Source of the DNA: Octopus sinensis
Taxonomy: Eukaryota
Reading direction: 5' to 3'
Length of the DNA stretch: 64,000 bases
NCBI RefSeq assembly: GCF_006345805.1
Contig: NC_043003.1
Location: 58,590,001-58,654,000 of the forward strand
Shown: in pieces, positions 63,732 to 64,000 of the stretch
How positions within the stretch are numbered: the stretch's first letter is position 1
How the letters are laid out: every line of letters begins with the position of its first letter
Made by a program: the position numbers and the translations under genes
The notes under the pieces: generated by a model
Told to the model about the DNA's origin: nothing
Database searches by the model: none
What the model saw: only the letters and a program-made list of their open reading frames with translations

Positions 63732-64000
63732 TTAAGTCGTTCTTGGAAATGAGAAAGATAACTGGTATCAGAAAATGGTGATGAATTATGCAATTATGAA
63801 GTTAATGAAGGAGTTAGTAATGGATGACAGAAGGCTTGAGGATGAAATTAGGTGAGGGATGCTGTTGTGTGTATGTGCATGTGCATATATATATATGCAC
63901 ACACACAATCACATTGTATTTCCAGAATTTCAGTTTTGTTATAATAGGTGGTTCTTCTTGAGCACTACATGTCACTTGTCATCCCTTCCATGAGGTTTAA

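Overview
AT-rich, repeat-dense animal genomic DNA. The SINE families, the (TA)n/(CA)n microsatellites and the effector-less tandem C2H2 genes point to a cephalopod, most likely Octopus (inference). There are two intact, divergently oriented paralogous zinc-finger genes whose coding sequence lies in a single exon: 20750-23206 (-, 28 finger units) and 47929-49635 (+, 19 units). A decayed zinc-finger relic lies between them. A non-coding block (CAG|CTACGAAA ... GAAAACA|GTAAGT) occurs three times: once upstream of each gene in the gene's own orientation, and once near 59 kb, which predicts a further paralog beyond the window. The paralogs also share a six-finger core, an IKxE motif, a dead finger kept in frame and a tiny uORF. 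The rest is mobile DNA: at least four SINE families, a full-length IR/DR Tc1, a mariner nested in a piggyBac MITE, a deleted piggyBac, a hAT element holding a CR1-like fragment, Helitron-type elements, RTE/CR1/Penelope remnants, a CRE-like retrotransposon 3' end, and hammerhead ribozyme motifs. Repeat boundaries were read by eye and are approximate unless a TSD or TIR is quoted.
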